From assembly GCA_049852185.1 (NCBI GenBank), contig CP187540.1: a DNA stretch of 64,000 bases; one strand, written 5' to 3'. The notes beneath the pieces are model-generated. The model worked only from the letters and a program-made list of their open reading frames with translations, was not told the origin of the DNA and did not search any database. Source of the stretch: Methanocaldococcus sp. 28A (GTDB lineage: Archaea > AGJL01 > Methanococci > Methanococcales > Methanocaldococcaceae). Position numbers and translations under genes: made by a program. This document shows positions 30,577 through 39,171 of this stretch, in pieces (within the stretch, counting starts at the first letter, position 1; each line of letters opens with the position of its first letter).

Positions 30577-31488
30577 CTAAGATGATAATAATTTAGCTTT
30601 AACTTTTTTCCAATCAACTCCTGTAATTCCATAAGGAGCAACTAATAGTGTTATTATCATTATAATTAAAGAGATAACCTTTCCATAAACTAAGAATCCA
30701 GTTCCAAATACTGATGCCAAGTAATAGGTTATTAAACTTTCAGATATTCCAATTATGTAACCTCCAATTAAAGCTCCACTTATATGTCTCAATCCTCCAA
30801 CAATACTCGCTGCAAAGATTGAAATAATTATTAAATCCCCAGTAGCTGGAACAATTTCTTGCATGAAAGGTAAAAGTCCTCCAGCAACTCCAGCTAAAGC
30901 TCCAGATAGAATCCAAGAGAATAATCTTGTTTTTTCTACATCAATCCCCATTGTTTGAGCAAGGGAAGGATTTTCCATTGATGCTCTTAAAGCAATACCA
31001 AACTTTGTTTTATATAATAAAAGATAAAGCCCAATTAATAGTAAAATAATAACAAACGTTGAAACGAACAAAATTCCTTTAAATCCAAACAAAGTGAAGT
31101 CTAAGTTTGCAAAAACGAATTTTGCCTGAGTAGAACCAACAATTGCACTTAATATTTCAGAATAAGCCCCAATAACCCCTAACAATATCAAATCAATTGC
31201 CAATGTAGCAATCATTAAAATCTCAACTGAAGCTCCTCTTTTTATCAATGGCTTTAAAGCTAAGTAAGTTATTAAACCAACAACTGCTCCAACAACAAAT
31301 AATACTGGTAGAGAAAGATAAGGACTTAGATTAAACAACTCTAACATGGTTAAGGCTACATAACTCCCCACTATTGCATAACTTCCTTGGGCAAAATTTG
31401 GAACGTTTGTTGTTATATAAGTTAGAGTTAATCCTAAAGCCAATAAAACTAAGAGGTTAGAATAAATAATTGCCCCCTCTAAAATCAT
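30577..31488 (-). CDS. livH: Branched-chain amino acid ABC transporter permease
   Basis: LALGLTL...PNFAQG, TKFGIALRA, MGIDV. Confidence 0.9.
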   Translation of the reverse strand: MILEGAIIYSNLLVLLALGLTLTYITTNVPNFAQGSYAIVGSYVALTMLELFNLSPYLSLPVLFVVGAVVGLITYLALKPLIKRGASVEILMIATLAIDLILLGVIGAYSEILSAIVGSTQAKFVFANLDFTLFGFKGILFVSTFVIILLLIGLYLLLYKTKFGIALRASMENPSLAQTMGIDVEKTRLFSWILSGALAGVAGGLLPFMQEIVPATGDLIIISIFAASIVGGLRHISGALIGGYIIGISESLITYYLASVFGTGFLVYGKVISLIIMIITLLVAPYGITGVDWKKVKAKLLSS

Positions 31489-31498
31489 TATTTTCACC

Positions 31499-32212
31499 TT
31501 AAATAGCGGTTATTCCTAATGAATATTCTTTAAACTTCTCATGATTCAATAATTCCTCAGCAGTTCCTTCAAATGCTACTCTTCCACTAACAAACATATA
31601 TCCGTTATCACTAATCTCTAAAGCTCTCTTTGCATTTTGCTCAACTAATAAAATTGTTAATCCAAAGTTATCCCTCATCTCAATAATCTTTTCAAAAATC
31701 ACCTCTGCAAGTTTTGGAGATAGTTGGGCCGTTGGCTCATCTAACATTAAAACTTCAGCATCTCTAACCAATGCCATTCCCATTGCTAAAAATTGTCTTT
31801 GTCCTCCACTTAGTGTTCCTGCTTTTCTCTTTAAAATATCTTTAAGCTCTGGAAATACATTTAAAGCAATTTCAATCCTCTCTTTAACTTTATCTTTATC
31901 TAATACATAACCAGCAATCTTTAGGTTTTCTTCAACAGTTAAATTAGCAAATACGTTGTTTGTTTGTGGTAAATAAGCTATTTTCATTCTTGCTTTTTGA
32001 TGTGGTGGAATTTTTGCTATATCCTTATCTTTAAATATAATCTCTCCAGAATATATCTTTGTTAAACCAAACAAAGTTTTTAAAAATGTAGATTTTCCAC
32101 TTCCATTAGGGCCTACAACAGTTGTAATCTTTCCTTTTTCTATTTTTGCATTCACATCAAATAATATCTGTAATTTTCCATATCCAGCATTTAGGTTTTT
32201 TACCTTTATCAT
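31499..32212 (-). CDS. livF: Branched-chain amino acid ABC transporter ATPase
   Basis: [25 protein letters not shown]. Confidence 0.92.
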   Translation of the reverse strand: MIKVKNLNAGYGKLQILFDVNAKIEKGKITTVVGPNGSGKSTFLKTLFGLTKIYSGEIIFKDKDIAKIPPHQKARMKIAYLPQTNNVFANLTVEENLKIAGYVLDKDKVKERIEIALNVFPELKDILKRKAGTLSGGQRQFLAMGMALVRDAEVLMLDEPTAQLSPKLAEVIFEKIIEMRDNFGLTILLVEQNAKRALEISDNGYMFVSGRVAFEGTAEELLNHEKFKEYSLGITAI

Positions 32213-32227
32213 ATTTATCACCAAATA

Positions 32228-32989
32228 TTATTCTCCAATATATATTTCTACAACTTTTGGGTCTGATAAAACCTTCTTAATCTCTTCTTTTCCTCTACCT
32301 TCAGCAATAATCTGCCCATTGAACATAACGTATATATGGTCTATATATTTCAAAACAATATCCAACCTGTGTTCAATAATTAGAAAAGTAATTCCCTTCT
32401 CTTTCAATTTAAGGACATGATTAAATATATCATGAGCTAAACCTGGAGCTACTCCAGCTATTGGCTCATCCATAACAATCATTTTTGGATTTGTCATCAA
32501 AGCTCTTCCAATTTCAACAAGTTTCAGTTGCCCTCCACTCAACTCTCCAGCCTTTCTATCATATAAGTGAGATAATTTCAAAAATTCTAATATTTTGAAA
32601 GCCTTTTCAACCATCTCTTCCTCTTTTGGAATCCATTTTTTATAAAACAGGGCTTTTAATGGACTTTCTCCAGGGTTAATCTCTCCTATTAACAAATTTT
32701 CAAGAACTGTCATTTCTTTTAAAGGTTGTGGAGTTTGGAAAGTTCTAACGATTCCATAATGATAGAGTTCAGCTGGTTCTTTGTTTGTTATATCCTTATT
32801 TTCAAAATAAACCTTCCCATCATCTGCCTTTAGAAACCCAGTAATAACATTTATTAATGTAGATTTTCCACTACCATTGGGTCCTATGATTAAAGTAACA
32901 TCTCCTTTATTTACACTTATAGATACTCTATTTAAAGCTATAAACTCCCCAAAACATTTTATAATATTTTCTGTTCTCAAAATTTCCAT
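32228..32989 (-). CDS. livG: Branched-chain amino acid ABC transporter ATPase (MJ1267-like)
   Basis: [25 protein letters not shown]. Confidence 0.92.
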   Translation of the reverse strand: MEILRTENIIKCFGEFIALNRVSISVNKGDVTLIIGPNGSGKSTLINVITGFLKADDGKVYFENKDITNKEPAELYHYGIVRTFQTPQPLKEMTVLENLLIGEINPGESPLKALFYKKWIPKEEEMVEKAFKILEFLKLSHLYDRKAGELSGGQLKLVEIGRALMTNPKMIVMDEPIAGVAPGLAHDIFNHVLKLKEKGITFLIIEHRLDIVLKYIDHIYVMFNGQIIAEGRGKEEIKKVLSDPKVVEIYIGE

Positions 32990-33071
32990 TTTCTCCCCTT
33001 AATAAAATAATATTAGAGCAAAAAAATTTATCATTAACTTTATAAATGTAATACTTTATTTAAAGCTTTAA

Positions 33072-33329
33072 TGTTGTATCCTGAAATTATTTCGCACCTA
33101 TAATTCATGAAATCTCCTCAATATTATTAACGGTATTTTCGAAATAAACCTCATAAGGAGTCCTATAATCTAAAGAACGATGTGGTTTTATTTTATTATT
33201 CCAATCGGAGCGTAGCGGAGAGTTATGAAATCACATTAGTGATTTCATTCAAAGTATGAATTCTTCTAAACTAAATCTATCTAATCGATATTCAACCTCT
33301 TATTTATTCCGTTCAACTTTTCCTATGGC
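33072..33329 (-). mobile_element. IS481-family transposase remnant with terminal repeat
   Basis: Minus strand reads IGKVERNK*EVEYRLDRFSLEEFIL / WNNKIKPHRSLDYRTPYEVYF (integrase-core C-terminus); TGTTGTATCCTGAAATTATTTCGCAC end at 33072. Confidence 0.75.
33205..33248. repeat. ~45-bp miniature palindromic insert
   Basis: TCGGAGCGTAGCGGAGAG + hairpin ATGAAATCAC-atta-GTGATTTCAT; similar unit at 29283-29325. Confidence 0.6.
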
Positions 33330-33390
33330 AAGACTTTCACAGAAGTAAATATTGTAATGGATTTTTGATGTTTTTGGCATTATTTACACA
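33330..33390. repeat. Partial family A repeat
   Basis: AAGACTTTCACAG left end, GATG...GCAT interior, no right TIR. Confidence 0.5.
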
Positions 33391-33946
33391 ATATTAAATA
33401 GTCTGACAGTGTGAATTAACGAAAAGAATCTTAAAAGCAAAAAACAGAAATAGGATGAGGTTAAATAGTTTATTAAAAAAAGGTGATACCTATATGTTAG
33501 CAGCATTTAATGATATACTGGTTGATTCTATAAATAGTTTAGGGATATGTTCTTCGTATGGGGTGGTGAGGACATTAACGCCGATAAAGACGATTAAAGG
33601 GATGTCATAGTTAGAGATTGATAAAACTACATTTATTAAAAATCTACAAAAACCAGAAGATGAGTATTGCTTATATAATTCAGGTATCTAACCTTTCTGA
33701 TATTTTAGATAACGATAAATAAAAATTTATTGCGATAGTTGATTCAATGTGAGTAATTATCTAACCTCAAAAAGCAATATCGGTTTTGTTAAATTTGTAG
33801 CGATTATTCACAATTGTATTTTACAATAAATACAACACTTTCTATAAAGTAATTAAAAAGTGTAGTAGTGTTATAAAGAACTAATAAAGAATGAACTATC
33901 GTAATCACACCGTCAGTATTTTAATATAATTTTTAATGGTGAAATT

Positions 33947-34234
33947 ATGAAATTAGCAGTAGATGCTGTTTTTTATGTAAAAGAAGGGTTTAATTTTGAA
34001 AAAGCATTTAAAGAGGTTTTAAAAATTTTAGGAGATGATGTGAAAATCTTATCTGTTGAATATCCTGAGTTAGCTTTAATTTCAGAGAACGGATATTATT
34101 ATAGATGTGGATTTATGCTCGATAAAGAGTTAAAAGAAGAATTAGACAGAGATGAGATTAATAAAATTAAAGAAAAAATTAAAAAGCTGTTTGAAGATGA
34201 GATAATCTATACATTAACATGTGAGATATTATGA
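33947..34234 (+). CDS. Hypothetical protein
   Basis: 95-aa ORF with GGTGA RBS, overlapping the next gene. Confidence 0.75.
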   Translation: MKLAVDAVFYVKEGFNFEKAFKEVLKILGDDVKILSVEYPELALISENGYYYRCGFMLDKELKEELDRDEINKIKEKIKKLFEDEIIYTLTCEIL

Positions 34235-34908
34235 AAGAAGTTAAAAATTTTTATGATAAATGGGAACCAGGGGTTTTTCCAAACTATATAAAACTTCTTA
34301 TGAATTTTGCTGATGAGCTGATTTTTGAAGAAATATATTTATTGTTAAAAAAATTTGAAAATAAAAAAGATTTTTTAGTTTTAGATTGCGGATGTGGATT
34401 TGGAGCTTTTTATAATTTAACAAAAGACTTTAATACAATATATTTGGACATTTCATTAAATTTGCTCAAAAAATTTAACATCAAAGAGCGAAAAATTTGT
34501 GGTAACATATTAAATTTACCTTTTAAAGATAACACGTTTGATTTAGTTTTGTGTATAAATGTGTTAGAACATGTAGATTATTTAAAAGCGTTAAATGAAA
34601 TAAAGAGGGTTTTAAAAAACAATGGAAAGTTAATAGTTGTAGTTATAAATAGAGATAGCTTAATTAAAGAGGAAATATTTAATGATTTTGAGATTTTCCA
34701 TAATCCCTTATCTATTGAAAATTTTAATGTAAATGGATTTAAAATTGTTTATTCAAACTCAGTATATTTTTTACCTTCAATTTTTAAGATATTTCCATCA
34801 ATAATTTTATCAAAAATCATAAAATATTGGAAGCCAATAGATAAAAAATTTTCAAAAATTTTAAAAAATAAAGGGCAGTTTTTAATTGTTGAAATGGTGA
34901 AAGAATGA
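34231..34908 (+). CDS. Class I SAM-dependent methyltransferase
   Basis: VLDCGCGFG, LPFKDNTFD, VLEHV. Confidence 0.88.
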   Translation: MKEVKNFYDKWEPGVFPNYIKLLMNFADELIFEEIYLLLKKFENKKDFLVLDCGCGFGAFYNLTKDFNTIYLDISLNLLKKFNIKERKICGNILNLPFKDNTFDLVLCINVLEHVDYLKALNEIKRVLKNNGKLIVVVINRDSLIKEEIFNDFEIFHNPLSIENFNVNGFKIVYSNSVYFLPSIFKIFPSIILSKIIKYWKPIDKKFSKILKNKGQFLIVEMVKE

Positions 34909-35729
34909 GTAAAGCAGTTATTTACACATTACCAAAAGGGACGTACAGTGAAATAGCTACAAAGAAATTTTTAGATTACATTGATGGAAATTATAAAATA
35001 GATTATTGCAATTCCATATATGATGTGTTTGAAAAATTAGATAACAATGGCTTAGGAGTAGTTCCAATAGAGAACTCTATTGAAGGTTCTGTATCTTTAA
35101 CACAGGATTTATTGTTGCAATTTAAAAATATTAAAATATTAGGAGAGTTAGCTATAGATATACATCACAATTTAATAGGTTATGATAAAAATAAAATAAG
35201 AATTGTTATTTCTCATCCACAGGCATTGGCTCAATGCAGAAATTATATAAAAAAACATAACTGGGAAGTTAAGGCAGTAGAAAGCACAGCTAAAGCTGTA
35301 AAAATAGTTGCTGAAAGTAAAGATGAAACTTTAGGAGCTATCGGTTCAAAAGAATCAGCGGAATATTATAACTTAAAAATATTGGATGAAAATATTGAAG
35401 ATTATAAAAATAATATGACGAGATTTATTTTAATTGGCAAAAATGTGAAATTTAAAACACTTCCAAAAAAATACAAAGTTTCAATTGTTTTTGAATTAAA
35501 AGAAGATAAACCAGGAGCTTTATATCATATTTTAAAAGAATTTGCTGAAAGAAATATAAATTTAACGAGGATTGAGTCAAGACCTTCAAAAAAGAGATTA
35601 GGAACTTATATATTTTACATTGACTTTGAAGATGTTGGAGAAATGAAATTAAAAGAAATTTTAAAAAGCTTAGAAAAACACACATCATTTATAACATTTT
35701 TAGGAAGATATCCTGTTTTTGAGAAATGA
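34905..35729 (+). CDS. pheA: Prephenate dehydratase
   Basis: PIENSIEG, SHPQALAQC, TRF, ACT domain IESRP. Confidence 0.95.
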   Translation: MSKAVIYTLPKGTYSEIATKKFLDYIDGNYKIDYCNSIYDVFEKLDNNGLGVVPIENSIEGSVSLTQDLLLQFKNIKILGELAIDIHHNLIGYDKNKIRIVISHPQALAQCRNYIKKHNWEVKAVESTAKAVKIVAESKDETLGAIGSKESAEYYNLKILDENIEDYKNNMTRFILIGKNVKFKTLPKKYKVSIVFELKEDKPGALYHILKEFAERNINLTRIESRPSKKRLGTYIFYIDFEDVGEMKLKEILKSLEKHTSFITFLGRYPVFEK

Positions 35730-36908
35730 TTATTCAAATTCTTTTCTAAACTCTTTATAGAAAATGTCTGTTGAAGGATGGATTTCCATAAAGTCATTAT
35801 ATATATCAATTCCTCTAATTAGCTGAGTGAAGTAGGGGAGAATTTCAGCACAAGGAGTCATAATTATAGCTCCCACGACCTTTCCATTTTCATAATAGAT
35901 TTTGTTTATACCCACACCACTTAAAACTTTAAAGAAGTTACCTTTCCCTACACAGCTTCTTATTGTCTTATATTCATTTGTTTGCTTTCCTACATAAGAA
36001 ATAGTTAAAGATAATCTAATAGTTTTTGGAATTAATTCATAATTTGGTTTTATTAAGGGTTTATTGTTTATTTCGTTAATTATATTTTGAGCAACTACTC
36101 TTCCTTCCATTCTTGAAATTGGAGTGTTTCCTCCTCCATTTATTAAGCAATCTCCACAAGCGTAAGTTTTCTTTTTATTTATTACTCTTAAATAATCATC
36201 AGTTTCAAAAACTCCCTTTCCTCCAATAGCTAAGATTTTTGTATAGTTTTCATCTTTTAAAAGTTTTTCAAGCTCTTCTTTGTCATTAATTATCTTAAAG
36301 TTTATAACTTTTTTCATTAAATAATCTCTAATCTCCTCATCTCTAATATCTTTCAAAATCTTAGACCTTGCATATAAAACAACATTACAGCCAAAGTCGG
36401 AAAATATTGAAGCGTATTCTGTTGCTACTGTTCCACCACCAATAATTAAGATATTTTCAGGAAGCTCTCTTAAATTTGGTATATCCTTGTGAGTTAAAAT
36501 CTCATATCCATTATAAGAAGTTAGATAATTTCTTCCAGTAGCATAAACTATATAGTCATAATTTTCTTCATATTTTTCTTTAAATTCTTTGTATTTTATA
36601 TTAACTCCCAAATTTTTTGTCTCATTCTCTAATTTATTTCTAATCTTATCTTGAATTTTATTTATTTTTTCTTGTAACTCCTTAAATGAAATTATTTCCT
36701 CTAAATAAACTTTTTTTCCTTTTAAAATGCTTAAATTATTTAATATATCTGCCATTTCTCTAAGTCCGGTTATATATGTGCATCCATAATTTAAACACGT
36801 CCCTCCTATTTTATCCTTTTCAAATAAATCAACATCAAAACCATTTTTTGCTAAAAACATAGCAGATGTTCTTCCAGCAGGCCCTGCTCCAACAACAGCT
36901 ATTTTCAT
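35730..36908 (-). CDS. Pyridine nucleotide-disulfide oxidoreductase (dihydrolipoamide dehydrogenase-like)
   Basis: GAGPAG, GGTCLNYGC, C-terminal HPS. Confidence 0.85.
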   Translation of the reverse strand: MKIAVVGAGPAGRTSAMFLAKNGFDVDLFEKDKIGGTCLNYGCTYITGLREMADILNNLSILKGKKVYLEEIISFKELQEKINKIQDKIRNKLENETKNLGVNIKYKEFKEKYEENYDYIVYATGRNYLTSYNGYEILTHKDIPNLRELPENILIIGGGTVATEYASIFSDFGCNVVLYARSKILKDIRDEEIRDYLMKKVINFKIINDKEELEKLLKDENYTKILAIGGKGVFETDDYLRVINKKKTYACGDCLINGGGNTPISRMEGRVVAQNIINEINNKPLIKPNYELIPKTIRLSLTISYVGKQTNEYKTIRSCVGKGNFFKVLSGVGINKIYYENGKVVGAIIMTPCAEILPYFTQLIRGIDIYNDFMEIHPSTDIFYKEFRKEFE

Positions 36909-36920
36909 TAATCCCACCAA

Positions 36921-38780
36921 TTAATAGTAATACCATATAGTTCTATACTCTTCAATATTTTCTCCAATATTCTTTAAGCTATCTAAGTATTCTTTAATTG
37001 GAACATCCTCATAGGTGTAGAGTTTGGTTGGATATATTCCCTTCTCCCATGGATGCATCAAATAAACTCTACTTCCATTTGGTTTTATTGCTATTAACTC
37101 TCTATCCTGCCAGGCTCTTAAATGGTTTTTTCCCATTCTTGGAACGTTAAATATTGGTTCATCAGTTCTAAATGAACCTGGCAATAATCTTGCTTCTTCT
37201 TTAATCTCTTGAACCAATCTTGCTATTGGAACTAAATAATCTTTATGCTCCATCTTTCCTTTTGGATAGAATGTATAATATGGAATAATTCCTACCTTCT
37301 TTAATGCAATTCTTAAAGCTACGTTTTCAAATCTTCTGCTAACATATCTATGGAATACGTGCTGATTATATACGCAGATATTATTTGTTCTCAATTTTTT
37401 AACAGCCTCTTTAACTTCTGGAGTAATTTCATAACAGCTCTCTACATGAGTTGATATCATTAAACTCTTTTCAAAGCTTCCTAATAACTCAGCCAATTCA
37501 TCTGTTATTCTCATAGGAGCTGTTACTATTGTTCTTGTTCCAAATCTAACTCCTATAACATGGTTCATCTCAGATATTCTATTCAATATTCTTTCAATTG
37601 CTTTATCATTTAAACTGAATGGGTCTCCTCCTGTGATAAGAATTTCAATCATTGAATCATGTTCAGCAAACCAATCTAATGCTTTCTCAACTTTTTCCCA
37701 GCCTTTAAAGGCTTTAGCATCAAAATCCTGAACCATCCAATTTCTTTGACAATAAACACAAATCTGTGGGCAGGATTCATAAGGTTTTATAATAGCTATT
37801 GTAACATATCTTCTTGTTATTAAATCATGTGGTGAAGTGTCGTGCTCTCCCATAAAATCAAAGGCAATGTTTCTATCTTCTTTGTGCTCAATCATCTTTT
37901 CAACATACCACTCTGGTGGAATAACCTGCCTTCTAACAGCTAAATCTTCAACGTAAGGGTTTTCAAAGTCAAATAAATGTAAGTAATATGGTGTTATTCC
38001 AAATGGTATGCCGTTTTTTACAGCTTTTTCAATAATTTCTAAATCCTCATCGGATATCTTAAAGTTTGTTTCTTCTTTAAGTTCTCTTAATATTTCAACT
38101 CCTTTTAAACCTCTTAATACATTTTTAAATTGCCATTTGTAATTATACCACTCTTCATCAGTAATTCCAAAGAATTCTTCTAAAACATCTTTATTCTTTT
38201 TTCTTTTAAATATAATTCTTTTATCTAATCCACTTGGATATCTGCTAACATATTCTCTCATGATTTCATAAACCTTATCTAAAAAATTAGACCTTGCTAT
38301 CCCAGCTTCTCTACCTTTTATTTTACTAAAATCAATAAATTTAACACCCTCTTCCAACAATCTCTCTCCTAAGAATCCTAATGAATAATTAGCTTTTCCA
38401 GACATTGCTAAGAATAAGTGTTTAAATTCTTCAACAAACCCCTCACTAATTTCTTTTAAAGCATCTTCGTCTCCTTTATATGCTTTCCATAAATATTCTA
38501 ATGTGCTGAAACCTGCTAATCTTTCATTATCTTTTGATATTATGTTTAAAAATATCTCAATTGCCTTTAAAGCCAACCATCTATCAACTTCGTTATCAAA
38601 TCTCTTTTTCATTCTAACTTCCCATTCTAATTCTTTACAAAATTCAAATAACTTTTCTCTTGCTTCTTCTACACTCTCACTTTCCTCTAAAATCTTTCTA
38701 ATCTCTGGGATTATATTAAAAATGTCTAAAAATGTTTTGTGATTGAGTGTTTCATATTCAGCCATAGATTTTGTTGCCAT
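36921..38780 (-). CDS. KamA-family radical SAM/PLP aminomutase with N-terminal extension
   Basis: CPQICVYCQR, LITGGDP, RFGTR, NVPRMGK (PLP Lys). Confidence 0.9.
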   Translation of the reverse strand: MATKSMAEYETLNHKTFLDIFNIIPEIRKILEESESVEEAREKLFEFCKELEWEVRMKKRFDNEVDRWLALKAIEIFLNIISKDNERLAGFSTLEYLWKAYKGDEDALKEISEGFVEEFKHLFLAMSGKANYSLGFLGERLLEEGVKFIDFSKIKGREAGIARSNFLDKVYEIMREYVSRYPSGLDKRIIFKRKKNKDVLEEFFGITDEEWYNYKWQFKNVLRGLKGVEILRELKEETNFKISDEDLEIIEKAVKNGIPFGITPYYLHLFDFENPYVEDLAVRRQVIPPEWYVEKMIEHKEDRNIAFDFMGEHDTSPHDLITRRYVTIAIIKPYESCPQICVYCQRNWMVQDFDAKAFKGWEKVEKALDWFAEHDSMIEILITGGDPFSLNDKAIERILNRISEMNHVIGVRFGTRTIVTAPMRITDELAELLGSFEKSLMISTHVESCYEITPEVKEAVKKLRTNNICVYNQHVFHRYVSRRFENVALRIALKKVGIIPYYTFYPKGKMEHKDYLVPIARLVQEIKEEARLLPGSFRTDEPIFNVPRMGKNHLRAWQDRELIAIKPNGSRVYLMHPWEKGIYPTKLYTYEDVPIKEYLDSLKNIGENIEEYRTIWYYY

Positions 38781-39171
38781 ATTTTCACCCCTTATAGTAT
38801 TTCATTTAAATACATATCCTAAGGTTATTTTATTAATCATAGGACTTTTGCACGTAATATTATATTTAAAAATCTTTTAAACCTAAAAATAGATCATTAC
38901 CTTAATATGAGACACACCTATAAGGACAAAAAATAACAAATTTAATAACTTAATATATAAACTAAACTTATTTAACTAAAAATTTAGACTTTTCAAAAAT
39001 TAGCAATTACTCACATACTAACAATGTTGTTAATCATATAAAAAATTTTTTATTATTTGAGATTGTTAATAAAACTATTTCTTATGTTTATATTGCATTA
39101 GAAAAAGATTATATGAGAAATTATGAAAAAAAGAAATGAAATATTTTGAAGATAAAAATTTTATTTTAAAT

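Noticed and set aside
38839-39171. Half family A end (ATAGGACTTTTGCAC) and long AT-rich spacer
   Set aside because: No partner TIR, ORF or structure could be supported
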